Shown in pieces: positions 42,024-51,928 of a stretch of DNA of 64,000 nt. The notes beneath the pieces are model-generated. The model saw nothing but the letters and a program-made list of their open reading frames with translations. It made no database searches and was not told where the DNA came from. The stretch comes from a bacterium. GTDB lineage: Bacteria; Babelota; Babeliae; Babelales; RVW-14. The stretch lies in the NCBI GenBank assembly GCA_016699045.1, contig CP064957.1, positions 729,784 through 793,783 on the forward strand, read 5' to 3'. Within the stretch, counting starts at the first letter, position 1. Every line of letters starts with the position of its first letter. The position numbers and the translations under genes were made by a program.

Positions 42024-43280
42024 TTAACCAAGAAGTTTTTCGATCTCAAGTAATCGATTATATTTTGCTACGCGTTCGCCACGAACACACGCCCCCGCTT
42101 TGATATAACCGGCAGCACAACCCACGGCAAAGTCTGCAATAAAATAATCATTTGTTTCGCCAGAACGATGTGACGCAACCGTCATATATTCAGCATTTTG
42201 AGCAAGTGCCAATGCCGCATACGCCTCAGAAATAGTCCCACACTGATTTGGCTTGATCAGCACGCCATTGGCAACGCCCTCTTCAATACCATGCATTAAT
42301 TTTTCTGTTGAAGTAACAAAAATATCATCTCCAATCAAATGAATTTTGCTTCCCAATTTTTCTGTTAATAAAACCCAGCCAGCATGATCGTCTTCGCTCA
42401 TGCCATCTTCAATAGAAACAATTGGATAACGCACAACAAGCTCTTCATACTGTGCAACCAAATCTGCACTTGTTAACGAATCGCCTTCAAGAATGTAGCA
42501 CCTTGTTTTTGTATCAAAAAAATAATTGGCAGCAACGTCTAAACAAATTGCCACGTCATCAAAGGTAAAACCGGCCTTTTCGATCGCCTGCACCAAAAGG
42601 TCTAATGCTGCCAACTGTTTTTTTAAACCTTTTCCAATAAACTGAGGAGCAAAGCCGCCTTCATCGCCGACCGTTGTTACATATCCTGCATCATGCAATA
42701 AATGTTTAAGCTCTTGATACACCTTAAAAATAATTGCCATTGTCTCACTCATACTGATAGCCCTGAGCGGCATAATCATAAATTCCTGAAACATCAGATG
42801 ATTATCAGCATGCATGCCGCCATTTAAAATATTCACCATGCAACGAGGCAGCACTGGTTTTTGTTTAAACAATTCAGCAAGTAATGCATAATCATGACGC
42901 CCTTCAATATGAGCCTGGGCACGCGCTATAGCAATACTTACCGCCAAAGTTGTATTGGCTCCCAATCTTTTTTTATTTGAAGTACCATCAAGATTGACCA
43001 GTAACTCGTCCATCTCGATAAGATTCGGCACATGCTGGCGCAATGCAGGCGCAATAACTGTTTCAAGCGTAAGAACCGCCTTTAAAACACCCATTCCAGC
43101 AAAAACTGCCTGATCTCCATCTCGCAACTCAAGTGCTTCACAATGTCCAACCGAAGCACCGGCGGGCACACTTGATTGAATTAAAAAACCGTCATCCAAC
43201 AACAAAGAACATTCTAATGTTGGAAACCCTCGAGAATCAAAAATTTGGCGGCCCGTAAGGCTTTTTATCTTCATACCCAC
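42024..43280 (-). CDS. eno: Enolase
   Basis: GRQIFDSRGFPTLE, GDEGGFAP, IKPNQCGTISE, SHRSGETND motifs. Confidence 0.96.
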   Translation of the reverse strand: MGMKIKSLTGRQIFDSRGFPTLECSLLLDDGFLIQSSVPAGASVGHCEALELRDGDQAVFAGMGVLKAVLTLETVIAPALRQHVPNLIEMDELLVNLDGTSNKKRLGANTTLAVSIAIARAQAHIEGRHDYALLAELFKQKPVLPRCMVNILNGGMHADNHLMFQEFMIMPLRAISMSETMAIIFKVYQELKHLLHDAGYVTTVGDEGGFAPQFIGKGLKKQLAALDLLVQAIEKAGFTFDDVAICLDVAANYFFDTKTRCYILEGDSLTSADLVAQYEELVVRYPIVSIEDGMSEDDHAGWVLLTEKLGSKIHLIGDDIFVTSTEKLMHGIEEGVANGVLIKPNQCGTISEAYAALALAQNAEYMTVASHRSGETNDYFIADFAVGCAAGYIKAGACVRGERVAKYNRLLEIEKLLG

Positions 43281-43311
43281 TTCCTATTTTACCTGATTAT
43301 GCTAAGATAAG

Positions 43312-44535
43312 TTGTTCAAAAACAGTACAAACAAATTAACAAAACTAACCTTCATGCTGACCAATGCCATCAATATTCTTTTTCGTATCGCGATCCCTTG
43401 CACCACGCTTGCTCTTGCATGGTACAGCCTCATTATAAAACCACGCCAGACCCTAAAACCAAATTTTTTGTTTTTCTTAATGGTAAGCTTGATAAGTGGT
43501 ATTTTTTTACAATCATGGTTCGCTCTTCCCTTGCCGCTGGTTGCGCTTGGTATCATTGCCAGCTCAATTGTCACACTATGCGTACAAGACATCCCACCCC
43601 TTGCATTATTAATGCCCGTTTTTTGTTTGGTAGGGGCATTTACATTTCAATATCAAAAAAATCATGCCGCCATGTTGCTCACATGTTACGGCAATCAACC
43701 AATAACGCTGTACGGCACCATCAGTAATAAAGAAGAATGTACCGGCATTTTTAAAGAACAATGGCGCTTAAGCGTTTCCGATCTTGAACTGCATAATGAA
43801 AAACAATCGACCTCATTTAATGTTTTGTGTTACAGCAAAAAAATTACTGATTTGTTACCAAGCGACCAAATAATTCTTCATAATGTTATACTTAAAACAT
43901 CGCACACAGCCTCAATGAGCGACAAGCCAACCTTTGCTGATTATCTCATGAAAGAAGATGCGCTCTCTTCGCTTTTTATCGATCATAAAACTTCGTACAC
44001 CCTGCAAAGTAGACCAATCTGGTCTTTTAATCGCTGGCTGTGGACTAAAAAAATGAATCTCTACCACGCCTGCAAACAAAAACTTTCGCACATCACGTTT
44101 ACGTATTTTTCGTTAATTTTTTTGGGCAACAAGTATTTTGCAAAATATGATTCACTGCGCGCCTTATTTAATCAGTGGGGCCTCGCACACTTTTTGGCAC
44201 GCTCTGGCTTACACATTGTACTTTTCATTTTTATGTGGACATTTTTACTGAACTTAATTCCGCTACCGCTGCAATGGAAACGAATTATCTTGCTATGCTG
44301 CTGTTTTTGTTATTGCATGCTCAGTTGGATTAGTATTTCTTTTATTCGCGCATTTCTTGTTTTTATACTCACACAACTGGGCGCCCTTTTAGCACGACCA
44401 ACACATTTTTTACATTTGCTTACTATTGCCTGCTTGCTCATTTTGTTGTTTAATCCGATACAACTTTTTTTTCTTGATTTCCAATTAACCTTTGGGCTAA
44501 CCTTTACCTTAGCGTTGCTTGCCCACACAATCTAG
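43312..44535 (+). CDS. ComEC/Rec2-family membrane protein (competence domain only)
   Basis: Polytopic membrane protein with FNQWGLAHFLARSGLHIVLFIF (cf. ComEC G..HLLAISGLH). No C-terminal metallo-beta-lactamase domain. Start codon uncertain. Confidence 0.55.
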   Translation: MFKNSTNKLTKLTFMLTNAINILFRIAIPCTTLALAWYSLIIKPRQTLKPNFLFFLMVSLISGIFLQSWFALPLPLVALGIIASSIVTLCVQDIPPLALLMPVFCLVGAFTFQYQKNHAAMLLTCYGNQPITLYGTISNKEECTGIFKEQWRLSVSDLELHNEKQSTSFNVLCYSKKITDLLPSDQIILHNVILKTSHTASMSDKPTFADYLMKEDALSSLFIDHKTSYTLQSRPIWSFNRWLWTKKMNLYHACKQKLSHITFTYFSLIFLGNKYFAKYDSLRALFNQWGLAHFLARSGLHIVLFIFMWTFLLNLIPLPLQWKRIILLCCCFCYCMLSWISISFIRAFLVFILTQLGALLARPTHFLHLLTIACLLILLFNPIQLFFLDFQLTFGLTFTLALLAHTI

Positions 44536-44581
44536 CTCTTCTTTTATGGCAAAAATTCTTGTCGTGGTTACCAGGATATCT

Positions 44582-46087
44582 ATGAAAACAAGAATAGATT
44601 CCACCATAAAAAAACTGTTTCTGCTTTTAGCTTTTTTAGTCATACCATCTGGCTGCACCCCCCAAACAACAACATTCAGTCTTATTCATCATTATCCTTA
44701 TTTAACTGCACTCAACACCTGGATCTGCAATCATATGCATGCTCTCATCCCACCAAGCATTATTACCAAAACAACAAAATCAAATGATGAAATTTTGCAG
44801 GAAACAAAAAAAATAAAAGATTGGAATATCATTGTTTATATGGCAGCCAACAACAATCTCCACATGTTTAGTATTAAAAATTTACAACAAATGATTCATA
44901 TTGGCTCAAACGAGCGCATTAATATTATTGTCCAGCTTGATGGCTATCGGATGGAAGATATCAGCAGATTTTATCTTGAAAAAGATAATCCAATCTTAAT
45001 TGATTCTTTTAATCATACCCAAGCTACCATTAGCGGCACCAGACAAAGCTTAGAAGAATTTGTAACCTGGGCAATCCAAACATACCCAGCCAAACACCAA
45101 GCACTTATTTTATGGAATCATGGCTCTGGTATTAAAGATCCTCGGCTGTGGGAAAAACGAATCATTGCTCATCGCGATGATTTTTTTTTCTTCAATCACC
45201 AGTTATGTCTTTTAGAACTCAATCGTCATCTTCTCGATAATAATTATGAAGATCAAAGCAATCGTGGCATTGCTTTTAATGACACCTTTGAAACATATAT
45301 TACCAACCAAGAACTAACCGAAACACTTGATACCTTAAGCACTAACATTCTCAATAATAAAAAAATTGATCTCTTATTTTTTGATGCCTGCCACATGGCC
45401 ATGATTGAAATTGGATCACAAATCAAAAGCGCTGTTTGTTATATGGTTGGCTCTGAAGAAATTGAGCCAGGCAACGGACATAATTATATGTACGCGCTAG
45501 AACCTTTTTTACACAAAAATCTGTCCCCATCAGAATTTGCCTGCCACTTAGTACATGCATACGAACAGGAATATATAAATTTTAATGCTGACTATACGCA
45601 ATCGGCCATTCATTTAGAATCTTATGAGCCACTCGAAGAACTGATGCAAAAAATCACATCCAACCTAAATTTTTTACTACAAAAAGAATCTACTATCATT
45701 ACTCAATTTATTCGATCTATCAGATTTAGTAGACGATATACCACCGAATTTGGCGACCCTGATTACATTGATTTTTGTTTGTTTTTTCAAAATTTAGAAA
45801 AAAAATTAATCTCATTACTGGGGAATGAAATAATTGCCAACATCACCATGACAACAATTGTCAAAACAATAGAACTTATTAATCAGTGCTTAGAGATTGC
45901 ACTCAAAAAAACCATTATCAAAAACACTTCTGGCTTTAACCTGCCGTATGCCCAAGGCCTTGCTATCTACTTTCCAAGACGATCAATAGACTCATATTAT
46001 CGCACTACCATTTTTGATCAAAAAACCCAGTGGTCAACTTTTTTAACAACATTCGCTCTCAATCTACAAAAATTAGGTGAAAGTTAA
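44582..46087 (+). CDS. Clostripain-like cysteine peptidase (family C11), possible lipoprotein, paralog 1
   Basis: WNIIVYMAANNNL, catalytic-His context LILWNHGSGI, catalytic-Cys context LLFFDACHMAMIE. Signal peptide ending IPSGC. ATG 44582 preferred over the ORF-track start at 44519. Confidence 0.7.
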   Translation: MKTRIDSTIKKLFLLLAFLVIPSGCTPQTTTFSLIHHYPYLTALNTWICNHMHALIPPSIITKTTKSNDEILQETKKIKDWNIIVYMAANNNLHMFSIKNLQQMIHIGSNERINIIVQLDGYRMEDISRFYLEKDNPILIDSFNHTQATISGTRQSLEEFVTWAIQTYPAKHQALILWNHGSGIKDPRLWEKRIIAHRDDFFFFNHQLCLLELNRHLLDNNYEDQSNRGIAFNDTFETYITNQELTETLDTLSTNILNNKKIDLLFFDACHMAMIEIGSQIKSAVCYMVGSEEIEPGNGHNYMYALEPFLHKNLSPSEFACHLVHAYEQEYINFNADYTQSAIHLESYEPLEELMQKITSNLNFLLQKESTIITQFIRSIRFSRRYTTEFGDPDYIDFCLFFQNLEKKLISLLGNEIIANITMTTIVKTIELINQCLEIALKKTIIKNTSGFNLPYAQGLAIYFPRRSIDSYYRTTIFDQKTQWSTFLTTFALNLQKLGES

Positions 46088-46092
46088 ATCGT

Positions 46093-47415
46093 ATGAAAAA
46101 AATACTTGGTATTTTCTTGTTATTAATTTCCCTAACTTCAAGCGAGTCACTACAATGCAGCGATATCCACACAACCTATGCATGTTTATCTCAAACTAAC
46201 GACCAAGAAGGAAGTCCACTGTGGTTGCATTTAGAAAGTATTGATGATCTTTCAGTTGTGATGGGACTTGTCATGCGTATTATTACCGAGCTGCCAGAGG
46301 TAGAAATTTTTATCACTACAACGCTCATCCAAACGAAAGAAATCATTAATTATCTTTTTCCCAAGCTACATGTGCATCTTATCTCTCAAGATAATTTACA
46401 AGCAATAGCAAGTTTATATGATCACTTACAACCAGGAGCCATCATTTTGGTTAAACACAACATAATACTGAGCCTGGCGCTTTTATCTTTTTTACACAAG
46501 ACGCCAATTTTTCTATTAAATGCTTCAGTATCACAAACAACTGAGCGGCTACTCTGTATGTCTCCGTATTTATATCAAGAGCTGTTTAATGCGCTTACCG
46601 GCATTTTTTGCTCACACGAAGAAGATCGACAAGCATTTGAAAAATTAGGCGTCAAGCAAACACACACAACCGTTTCAGGACCTGCACATTTGTATAATAT
46701 TTTTGCGAGAAGAAATTACTTCCTAAAAAAACTTAGACTCGAACCAAAAATATCCACTCCTATTTTTGATTATCCGGTTATTTTAATGCATACGTACAAC
46801 AAAAATAGGATCAAACTTTATCTTAACGCGTATGAAGAGTTACACAAAAAGATCCCCAATCTCAAACTTATTATATCAACGAGCTCGGTAACATCGTGGG
46901 AAAACGAGCTCACTACGTTTATAAAAAATAAAAATCTGAACGCACTTCTGTGGAACAAAAATATTGATCTATACGGCAAAAAATCACATTTTATTACCAA
47001 CTTAAAAAACATTTTTCAAGCGAATAATATCTTTATTTCCTGTTTTAGCGGCCCACTCTTTTTTTTAAACAACATTGTGCCAATTTTTGTATGTGATGAA
47101 GGTGCTGCCGCGGAAGAAATTTTCTTAATATTTCAAGCCGCCATTGCAAAAAACGCCATTGTTATAGGGCCTTGTGAAAAAATGGCTTACTTAAAACCCC
47201 TCAAAGACAATCATTTTTTCAATATTGTCGACTCAAAAAATGAGTTATGTACAACACTACTCAGTCTTTTATTTGATAAAGAATTTTTTATCAACAACAG
47301 GAAATCCTCATATAACTTTGCAAAAAAAATGGCTGCTGATGTTGCAATCATTTTCAATCCATTTTTTGAATTACTTAAGCAGTATCTTATAGAAAAAAGG
47401 AGGCTTGTTCAGTAA
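46093..47415 (+). CDS. Divergent WaaA/KdtA-like (Kdo transferase family) protein
   Basis: Collinear pattern with E. coli WaaA: LWLHLESIDD (cf. IMLHSVSVGE), IFITTT (ITVTTMT), PIFLLNASVS (IPLVIANARLS), IFCSHEEDRQAFEKLGV (IAAQNEEDGARFVALGA). Several conserved motifs are substituted. Confidence 0.4.
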   Translation: MKKILGIFLLLISLTSSESLQCSDIHTTYACLSQTNDQEGSPLWLHLESIDDLSVVMGLVMRIITELPEVEIFITTTLIQTKEIINYLFPKLHVHLISQDNLQAIASLYDHLQPGAIILVKHNIILSLALLSFLHKTPIFLLNASVSQTTERLLCMSPYLYQELFNALTGIFCSHEEDRQAFEKLGVKQTHTTVSGPAHLYNIFARRNYFLKKLRLEPKISTPIFDYPVILMHTYNKNRIKLYLNAYEELHKKIPNLKLIISTSSVTSWENELTTFIKNKNLNALLWNKNIDLYGKKSHFITNLKNIFQANNIFISCFSGPLFFLNNIVPIFVCDEGAAAEEIFLIFQAAIAKNAIVIGPCEKMAYLKPLKDNHFFNIVDSKNELCTTLLSLLFDKEFFINNRKSSYNFAKKMAADVAIIFNPFFELLKQYLIEKRRLVQ

Positions 47416-47485
47416 AAAAATTTTATAGTAAACATTCTCAATACTGACATAAGTATTCATTAATTTTTCAAAAGGAGTAATCGGA

Positions 47486-48901
47486 ATGAAGAAGTCATAT
47501 GTTTTTTTATGCATGCTGCTAGCAGCTTATTCATCAGAAGCAAAAACAGAAGTATTGAACGCACCACAAGACTCACCAAGTTTTACCGAAGGAAATGTAT
47601 CACCAGCTTCACGCGCACGCAAAGACTGGAATTTTATGGTCTACATGGCCGCCAACAATAACTTGCACACGTTTGCCATTGCCAATCTCATGCAAATGAT
47701 CTCTGTTGGCTCAACGCCTGATCTTAATATTTTGGTTCAATTGGATGAATACGGTAAGAGAGAAGTGAGTCGCTATTACATTGAAAAAAACAATCCCATC
47801 ACCGTTGCAACTTCTGATCACACACAAATTTCAACAAGTGGCACCAAGCAAAGTCTGTATGAATTTATGAAATGGAGCATTCAAAAGTTCCCCGCCAACA
47901 ATCATGCTATTGTTCTATGGAACCATGGATCCGGCATTAAAGACCCACACATTTGGGGCCGCACGTTAATGAAAAATCGCGATCAACTTTTTGCCTTCAA
48001 TGACAAAACAGGACTTCTCGAATTAAATCGTCATATCGCACGCTACCATCTGGACAAGTACGAAGAAGAACAACGATTTATTTCCTACACTTATGAAATC
48101 TTAAAAAGACGTGGCATTGCATTTAATGATACCTATGAAGAATATTTAACCAACCAAGACCTTACGATGGTTCTTGAAAAAGTTTCAAAAGAACTTCTTG
48201 GAAAAAAAATAGATCTTTTATTGATGGATGCCTGTCACATGGCCATGGTCGAAGTTGGTTCACAAGTAAAAAGTGCCGTTAATTACATGGCAGCATCAGA
48301 AGAAATAGAACCAGGCCCAGGATACAACTACTCGTTTCTTCTTGAACCATTCACGCATAACACACTGTCGCCACAAGAGTTTGCTTGCCAGGCGGTTAAA
48401 GCATATGCCCAACATTATAAAGGCATCAATGCGGATTTTACACAATCAGCTATCAATTTAAATGAGTTTGAAAAACTAGAAAAAAATATCAAAGACATCA
48501 CACTATTGATGACAAATGTTATTGACACTGAAACATCAATTGACTTTAAAGCGCTCTTGCAATCCATTCGCAAAAATAGACGCCATACCACCAGTTTTTG
48601 CGATTATGACTATATAGATTTTTGTCACTTTTATAAAAGCTTAAATGAAATAATTGCTATAAAATTACCAGACACAAAAGGTTCTACGCGCGAAAAACTT
48701 ATGAACATTCGTTTACTTGCTCTGCAAGGTTTAAGCATGATGCAAAATTATATTCTTATGAATGCGACAGGCATTAACTTGCCAAATGCTTTTGGTTTGT
48801 CATTTTACTTTCCAACGCGCCGCATGGACGATACCTACTTTAAAACAATTTTTGATCAACAAACAAAATGGTCTGAAATTTTACGACGTTATTTAAGCTA
48901 A
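47486..48901 (+). CDS. Clostripain-like cysteine peptidase (family C11), secreted, paralog 2
   Basis: AAGGAG SD and a signal peptide. WNFMVYMAANNNL, VLWNHGSGI, LLLMDACHMAMVE. Collinear with paralog 1. Confidence 0.7.
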   Translation: MKKSYVFLCMLLAAYSSEAKTEVLNAPQDSPSFTEGNVSPASRARKDWNFMVYMAANNNLHTFAIANLMQMISVGSTPDLNILVQLDEYGKREVSRYYIEKNNPITVATSDHTQISTSGTKQSLYEFMKWSIQKFPANNHAIVLWNHGSGIKDPHIWGRTLMKNRDQLFAFNDKTGLLELNRHIARYHLDKYEEEQRFISYTYEILKRRGIAFNDTYEEYLTNQDLTMVLEKVSKELLGKKIDLLLMDACHMAMVEVGSQVKSAVNYMAASEEIEPGPGYNYSFLLEPFTHNTLSPQEFACQAVKAYAQHYKGINADFTQSAINLNEFEKLEKNIKDITLLMTNVIDTETSIDFKALLQSIRKNRRHTTSFCDYDYIDFCHFYKSLNEIIAIKLPDTKGSTREKLMNIRLLALQGLSMMQNYILMNATGINLPNAFGLSFYFPTRRMDDTYFKTIFDQQTKWSEILRRYLS

Positions 48902-48920
48902 CCATCTTCACGCTTTTCTT

Positions 48921-48960
48921 AAAAAAGAAGCCTTGCTATACTACGCAAGGCTTCTTTTTT
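48921..48960 (+). terminator. Rho-independent terminator
   Basis: GAAGCCTTGC (48927-48936) / GCAAGGCTTC (48945-48954) with an 8-nt loop, an A-run before and TTTTTT after. Confidence 0.8.
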
Positions 48961-48985
48961 AACTTTAATACTTTTGGTCAAAAAA

Positions 48986-49564
48986 ATGCACATCATCAAG
49001 AAACAAGCAGTCCTCAACGCTCTTTATCAAAAATATGCTAACTGCCAAGCATGTCCCCTTGCCACCATGGGCCGCACCCAAGTTGTCTTTGGTGTTGGCA
49101 ACCCGGACGCACACTTAATGTTTATTGGCGAGGCGCCTGGCTTTAATGAAGACCTAAAAGGCGAGCCTTTTATCGGCCGCGCCGGCCAACTGCTTACCAA
49201 AATTATTGAAGCAATGGACCTCTCTCGCCAAAAAGTTTATATCTCAAATGTTGTTAAATGCCGCCCACCAAACAACCGCACACCAACCACGCTTGAGCGC
49301 GAAACGTGTAAAAATTTACTGTTGGTAGCGCAAATTGCAATCATTCAGCCAAAAATAATTTGCACGCTCGGCTCCCCATCAACCAAAGCATTGCTCGGCG
49401 ATGACGTTCAAATTTCACTGGTACGCGGAAAATTTTTTGAATACCAAGGCATTCCCGTCATGCCAACGTTCCATCCCGCCTACTTACTCCGCAATCCCGT
49501 AGAAAAGCGAACGGTGTGGGAAGACATGAAAAAAATTATGGAAAAGCTCAAAGAGTTTGAATAG
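48986..49564 (+). CDS. Uracil-DNA glycosylase, family 4
   Basis: CQACPL...VVFGVGNPDAHLMFIGEAPGFNEDLKGEPFIGRAGQLL and HPAYLLRNP. ATG 48986 preferred over TTG 48974. Confidence 0.85.
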   Translation: MHIIKKQAVLNALYQKYANCQACPLATMGRTQVVFGVGNPDAHLMFIGEAPGFNEDLKGEPFIGRAGQLLTKIIEAMDLSRQKVYISNVVKCRPPNNRTPTTLERETCKNLLLVAQIAIIQPKIICTLGSPSTKALLGDDVQISLVRGKFFEYQGIPVMPTFHPAYLLRNPVEKRTVWEDMKKIMEKLKEFE

Positions 49565-49578
49565 AAAATAAAGGCTCT

Positions 49579-50301
49579 TTATCGTTGGATCAATTCAGGC
49601 TGCTCCAAGCTTTCATTCTTTGCCAGCTCAGCAAATGAAATATCGCAGAGCTCATACTCCCGCCAGTCTGCATCATTAAAATGCCACCACTCAAAAGAGA
49701 ACGGCTTAAAGCCATGTTTTTTCATAACATTTTCCAACAATCTGCAATTATGAGCTGCCACAGGCTCCATGGCTTCATACTTTCTATGTGCCTTTTCAGT
49801 AAAATCGTCAATCACTGAAGGCATCTCAAGTTCTTGACCAGTAGCAAGGTTAATCAGTGTCAGATCAACTGCAGCGCCTCGATTATGCTTAGATCCTTTT
49901 CCTGGGCCGGCAATATGTGGATTGATAACATAACGCTCGTCCGGCATAAGCTCCCAAAAAGTATATTGCACAGACTGGGGGCGATAGCCATCGGCAATTT
50001 TTAAACCAAGACCTTGTAATTCAAGTTCTTCTTGAACAGCAACAAGTTTTTTAGCGGTTCCATAACGTAGATAGCAAACATCAGAAGGGCAGTCATTATA
50101 CACCACTTTTTTTGTAAAATTACTGTCGTGCGAATAAATCAAATCAACCTGAATACTGGGACAAAGTTTTTTAATATTTACAAAATCTGTTTTAACAAAA
50201 CCTCTCTTTTCAATCCCAAAGCTCATATTTTCCACACCAAAGCTGGTACCAGCATAAAAAAAAGTTAGCACCATAATAAGAACACGAAAAACACTCTTCA
50301 T
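49579..50301 (-). CDS. Periplasmic D-Ala-D-Ala dipeptidase (VanX/DdpX-like, peptidase M15D)
   Basis: Signal peptide, DGYRPQSVQ, SKHNRGAAVDLTL, EWWHF. Confidence 0.75.
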   Translation of the reverse strand: MKSVFRVLIMVLTFFYAGTSFGVENMSFGIEKRGFVKTDFVNIKKLCPSIQVDLIYSHDSNFTKKVVYNDCPSDVCYLRYGTAKKLVAVQEELELQGLGLKIADGYRPQSVQYTFWELMPDERYVINPHIAGPGKGSKHNRGAAVDLTLINLATGQELEMPSVIDDFTEKAHRKYEAMEPVAAHNCRLLENVMKKHGFKPFSFEWWHFNDADWREYELCDISFAELAKNESLEQPELIQR

Positions 50302-50391
50302 CCCTATCTCCTCAAAAATTTTTACTCAAAGCTATTTCAGACATGCACAGGACTAGATTACAAAAATAGCGCAGTAAAACAAGAAAAAAAA

Positions 50392-51456
50392 TTAATCGCG
50401 ACCAAGCCAGTCATTATGCATTTGCTGCGCAAGCACTTGGTCAGCCAACATGCTTCCAAAAAAAATATACTCGTTCCGCCGCGACCCACCAACACACTGC
50501 TGCCCATTTTTTAAGTTCGTCAGAGACTCTCCGGCAACATCTTGAAGAGTACTTATGCGAGTACTCAAGCTTTTATCACGACCAGTCGCTTCAATAAACG
50601 TATCATTGCCCGCATAAATACCAACATGCGCAATCGAAGCAACTGGATCTTCAGAGGACCCAAAAAATATTAAATCGCCCGGCTTTAAATCTTTACCATG
50701 CAAAACTGACTTACTAGTTTTAAACTGACTCACCGAATTGCGCGGTACTTGCAAACCAACCGATTGAAAAACAACATTAACTAAGCCAGAGCAGTCAATG
50801 CTGGTAATTTGATTATTCTTTGCCAGCGCATACGCACTGCGGCCACCCCACACATAAGGACTTCCAAGAAATTGCTTTGCCAAATCAACAACCGATTCTC
50901 TTAACTGTTCAGACGAGCCAACAAGAGCAGGTTGCACAAAAGAAATGTCAGATAAACGCATCAAGCCAACCTTGCCGACCGGCAAAATCACTTTGCACCA
51001 CTCATCGCTCACGCGCCGAGCTTTTAGCTTTGTCCCGCACGAAAGTAAAAACAATTTTTTATTTTTATAAACAACGGGAGCCCACAAAGAACGCACAACG
51101 CTTGTACAAGTCGGAAAAGATTCAACCGGCACCGCCTGATGATCCTGAATATAGCCAACCATGCTTGAAAACTTATTTTTATGCCAATTTTTTTGTTCAA
51201 GCAACTCTACGCGCAACCAGCCTGGCCTGTCAGGCTCAGCCAAAATACATTCTCCCATCAGAACTTGTGAAAGCTGCCCTTTCATCTTTTTAAATAGAGC
51301 AGGACCACGCAGGCCAGCAGGCGCTGCCTTTATTTCATTGCGCACATCTGCCACCGGCACACAAACAACCATTTTTTGCAGCCCTCCTGCCTGAATAACA
51401 GCAGTTGCCAAAAGCCATGCCCCTAGACCAGCTACACATCGTATTAAAATTTTCAT
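50392..51456 (-). CDS. NlpC/P60-family cell-wall peptidase with N-terminal SH3-like region
   Basis: Signal peptide, GSPYVWGGRS, IDCSGLVNVVF (Cys), GDLIFF, AHVGIY (His). Confidence 0.8.
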   Translation of the reverse strand: MKILIRCVAGLGAWLLATAVIQAGGLQKMVVCVPVADVRNEIKAAPAGLRGPALFKKMKGQLSQVLMGECILAEPDRPGWLRVELLEQKNWHKNKFSSMVGYIQDHQAVPVESFPTCTSVVRSLWAPVVYKNKKLFLLSCGTKLKARRVSDEWCKVILPVGKVGLMRLSDISFVQPALVGSSEQLRESVVDLAKQFLGSPYVWGGRSAYALAKNNQITSIDCSGLVNVVFQSVGLQVPRNSVSQFKTSKSVLHGKDLKPGDLIFFGSSEDPVASIAHVGIYAGNDTFIEATGRDKSLSTRISTLQDVAGESLTNLKNGQQCVGGSRRNEYIFFGSMLADQVLAQQMHNDWLGRD

Positions 51457-51606
51457 AAAACAGCCCCCTCATCATAAAACCCTACCCCGAATCTCACCAA
51501 AATCTTCTTTTATGATTTTACGATAATTAACAAATAAAAATAAACAATAGCGTAAATATTAGACAATAATAAAGCACTTACCGAGCTTTTCATTGACAAA
51601 TAGAGA

Positions 51607-51650
51607 TGTTGATAACTTGTTGATAACTTGTTGATAACTTGTTGATAACT
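51607..51650 (-). repeat. 4 x 11-bp perfect tandem repeat TGTTGATAACT (= 4 DnaA-box-like TTATCAACA on minus strand)
   Basis: Read directly: units at 51607, 51618, 51629 and 51640. A fifth TGTTGATAA lies at 51697-51705. Confidence 0.95.
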
Positions 51651-51829
51651 TTTATCTATTTTCCCAAAACATCGAGCCAGTCGACAAAAATAGCATTGTT
51701 GATAATTTTAATCGACCAGCACGCGTCAAAGTGCATGTATCTATATCAAAACGTAGAATAGATAAGTACTTTAAAAACCAATGCCAGAAAACATCGACTC
51801 ATAGGCACTATTCAGTGGCGACAAATAAG

Positions 51830-51860
51830 TTATCAACAAGTTATCAACAAGTTATCAACA
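51830..51860 (+). repeat. 3 x TTATCAACA at 11-bp spacing, inverted relative to the 51607-51650 array
   Basis: Boxes at 51830-51838, 51841-51849 and 51852-51860 (AGTTATCAACA x3). Confidence 0.95.
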
Positions 51861-51919
51861 TATTTTAAATCATAGAATTTAGTAGAATTCTAAAGGCTTT
51901 TTAGCAAAAATACTCTGAG

Positions 51920-51928
51920 TTATCCACA
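51920..51928 (+). promoter_or_regulatory. Perfect consensus DnaA box TTATCCACA
   Basis: gagTTATCCACAaaaa read directly. Followed at ~51945-51995 by a nearly pure A/T tract (ctatctaatatataatattaagatatatataaaaaattta). Confidence 0.7.

Noticed and set aside
51607-51860. Short direct repeats considered as a CRISPR array
   Set aside because: The units are 11 bp, contiguous with no spacers, and are mirrored by an inverted array. No cas genes are in the window. A protein-binding-site array fits better.
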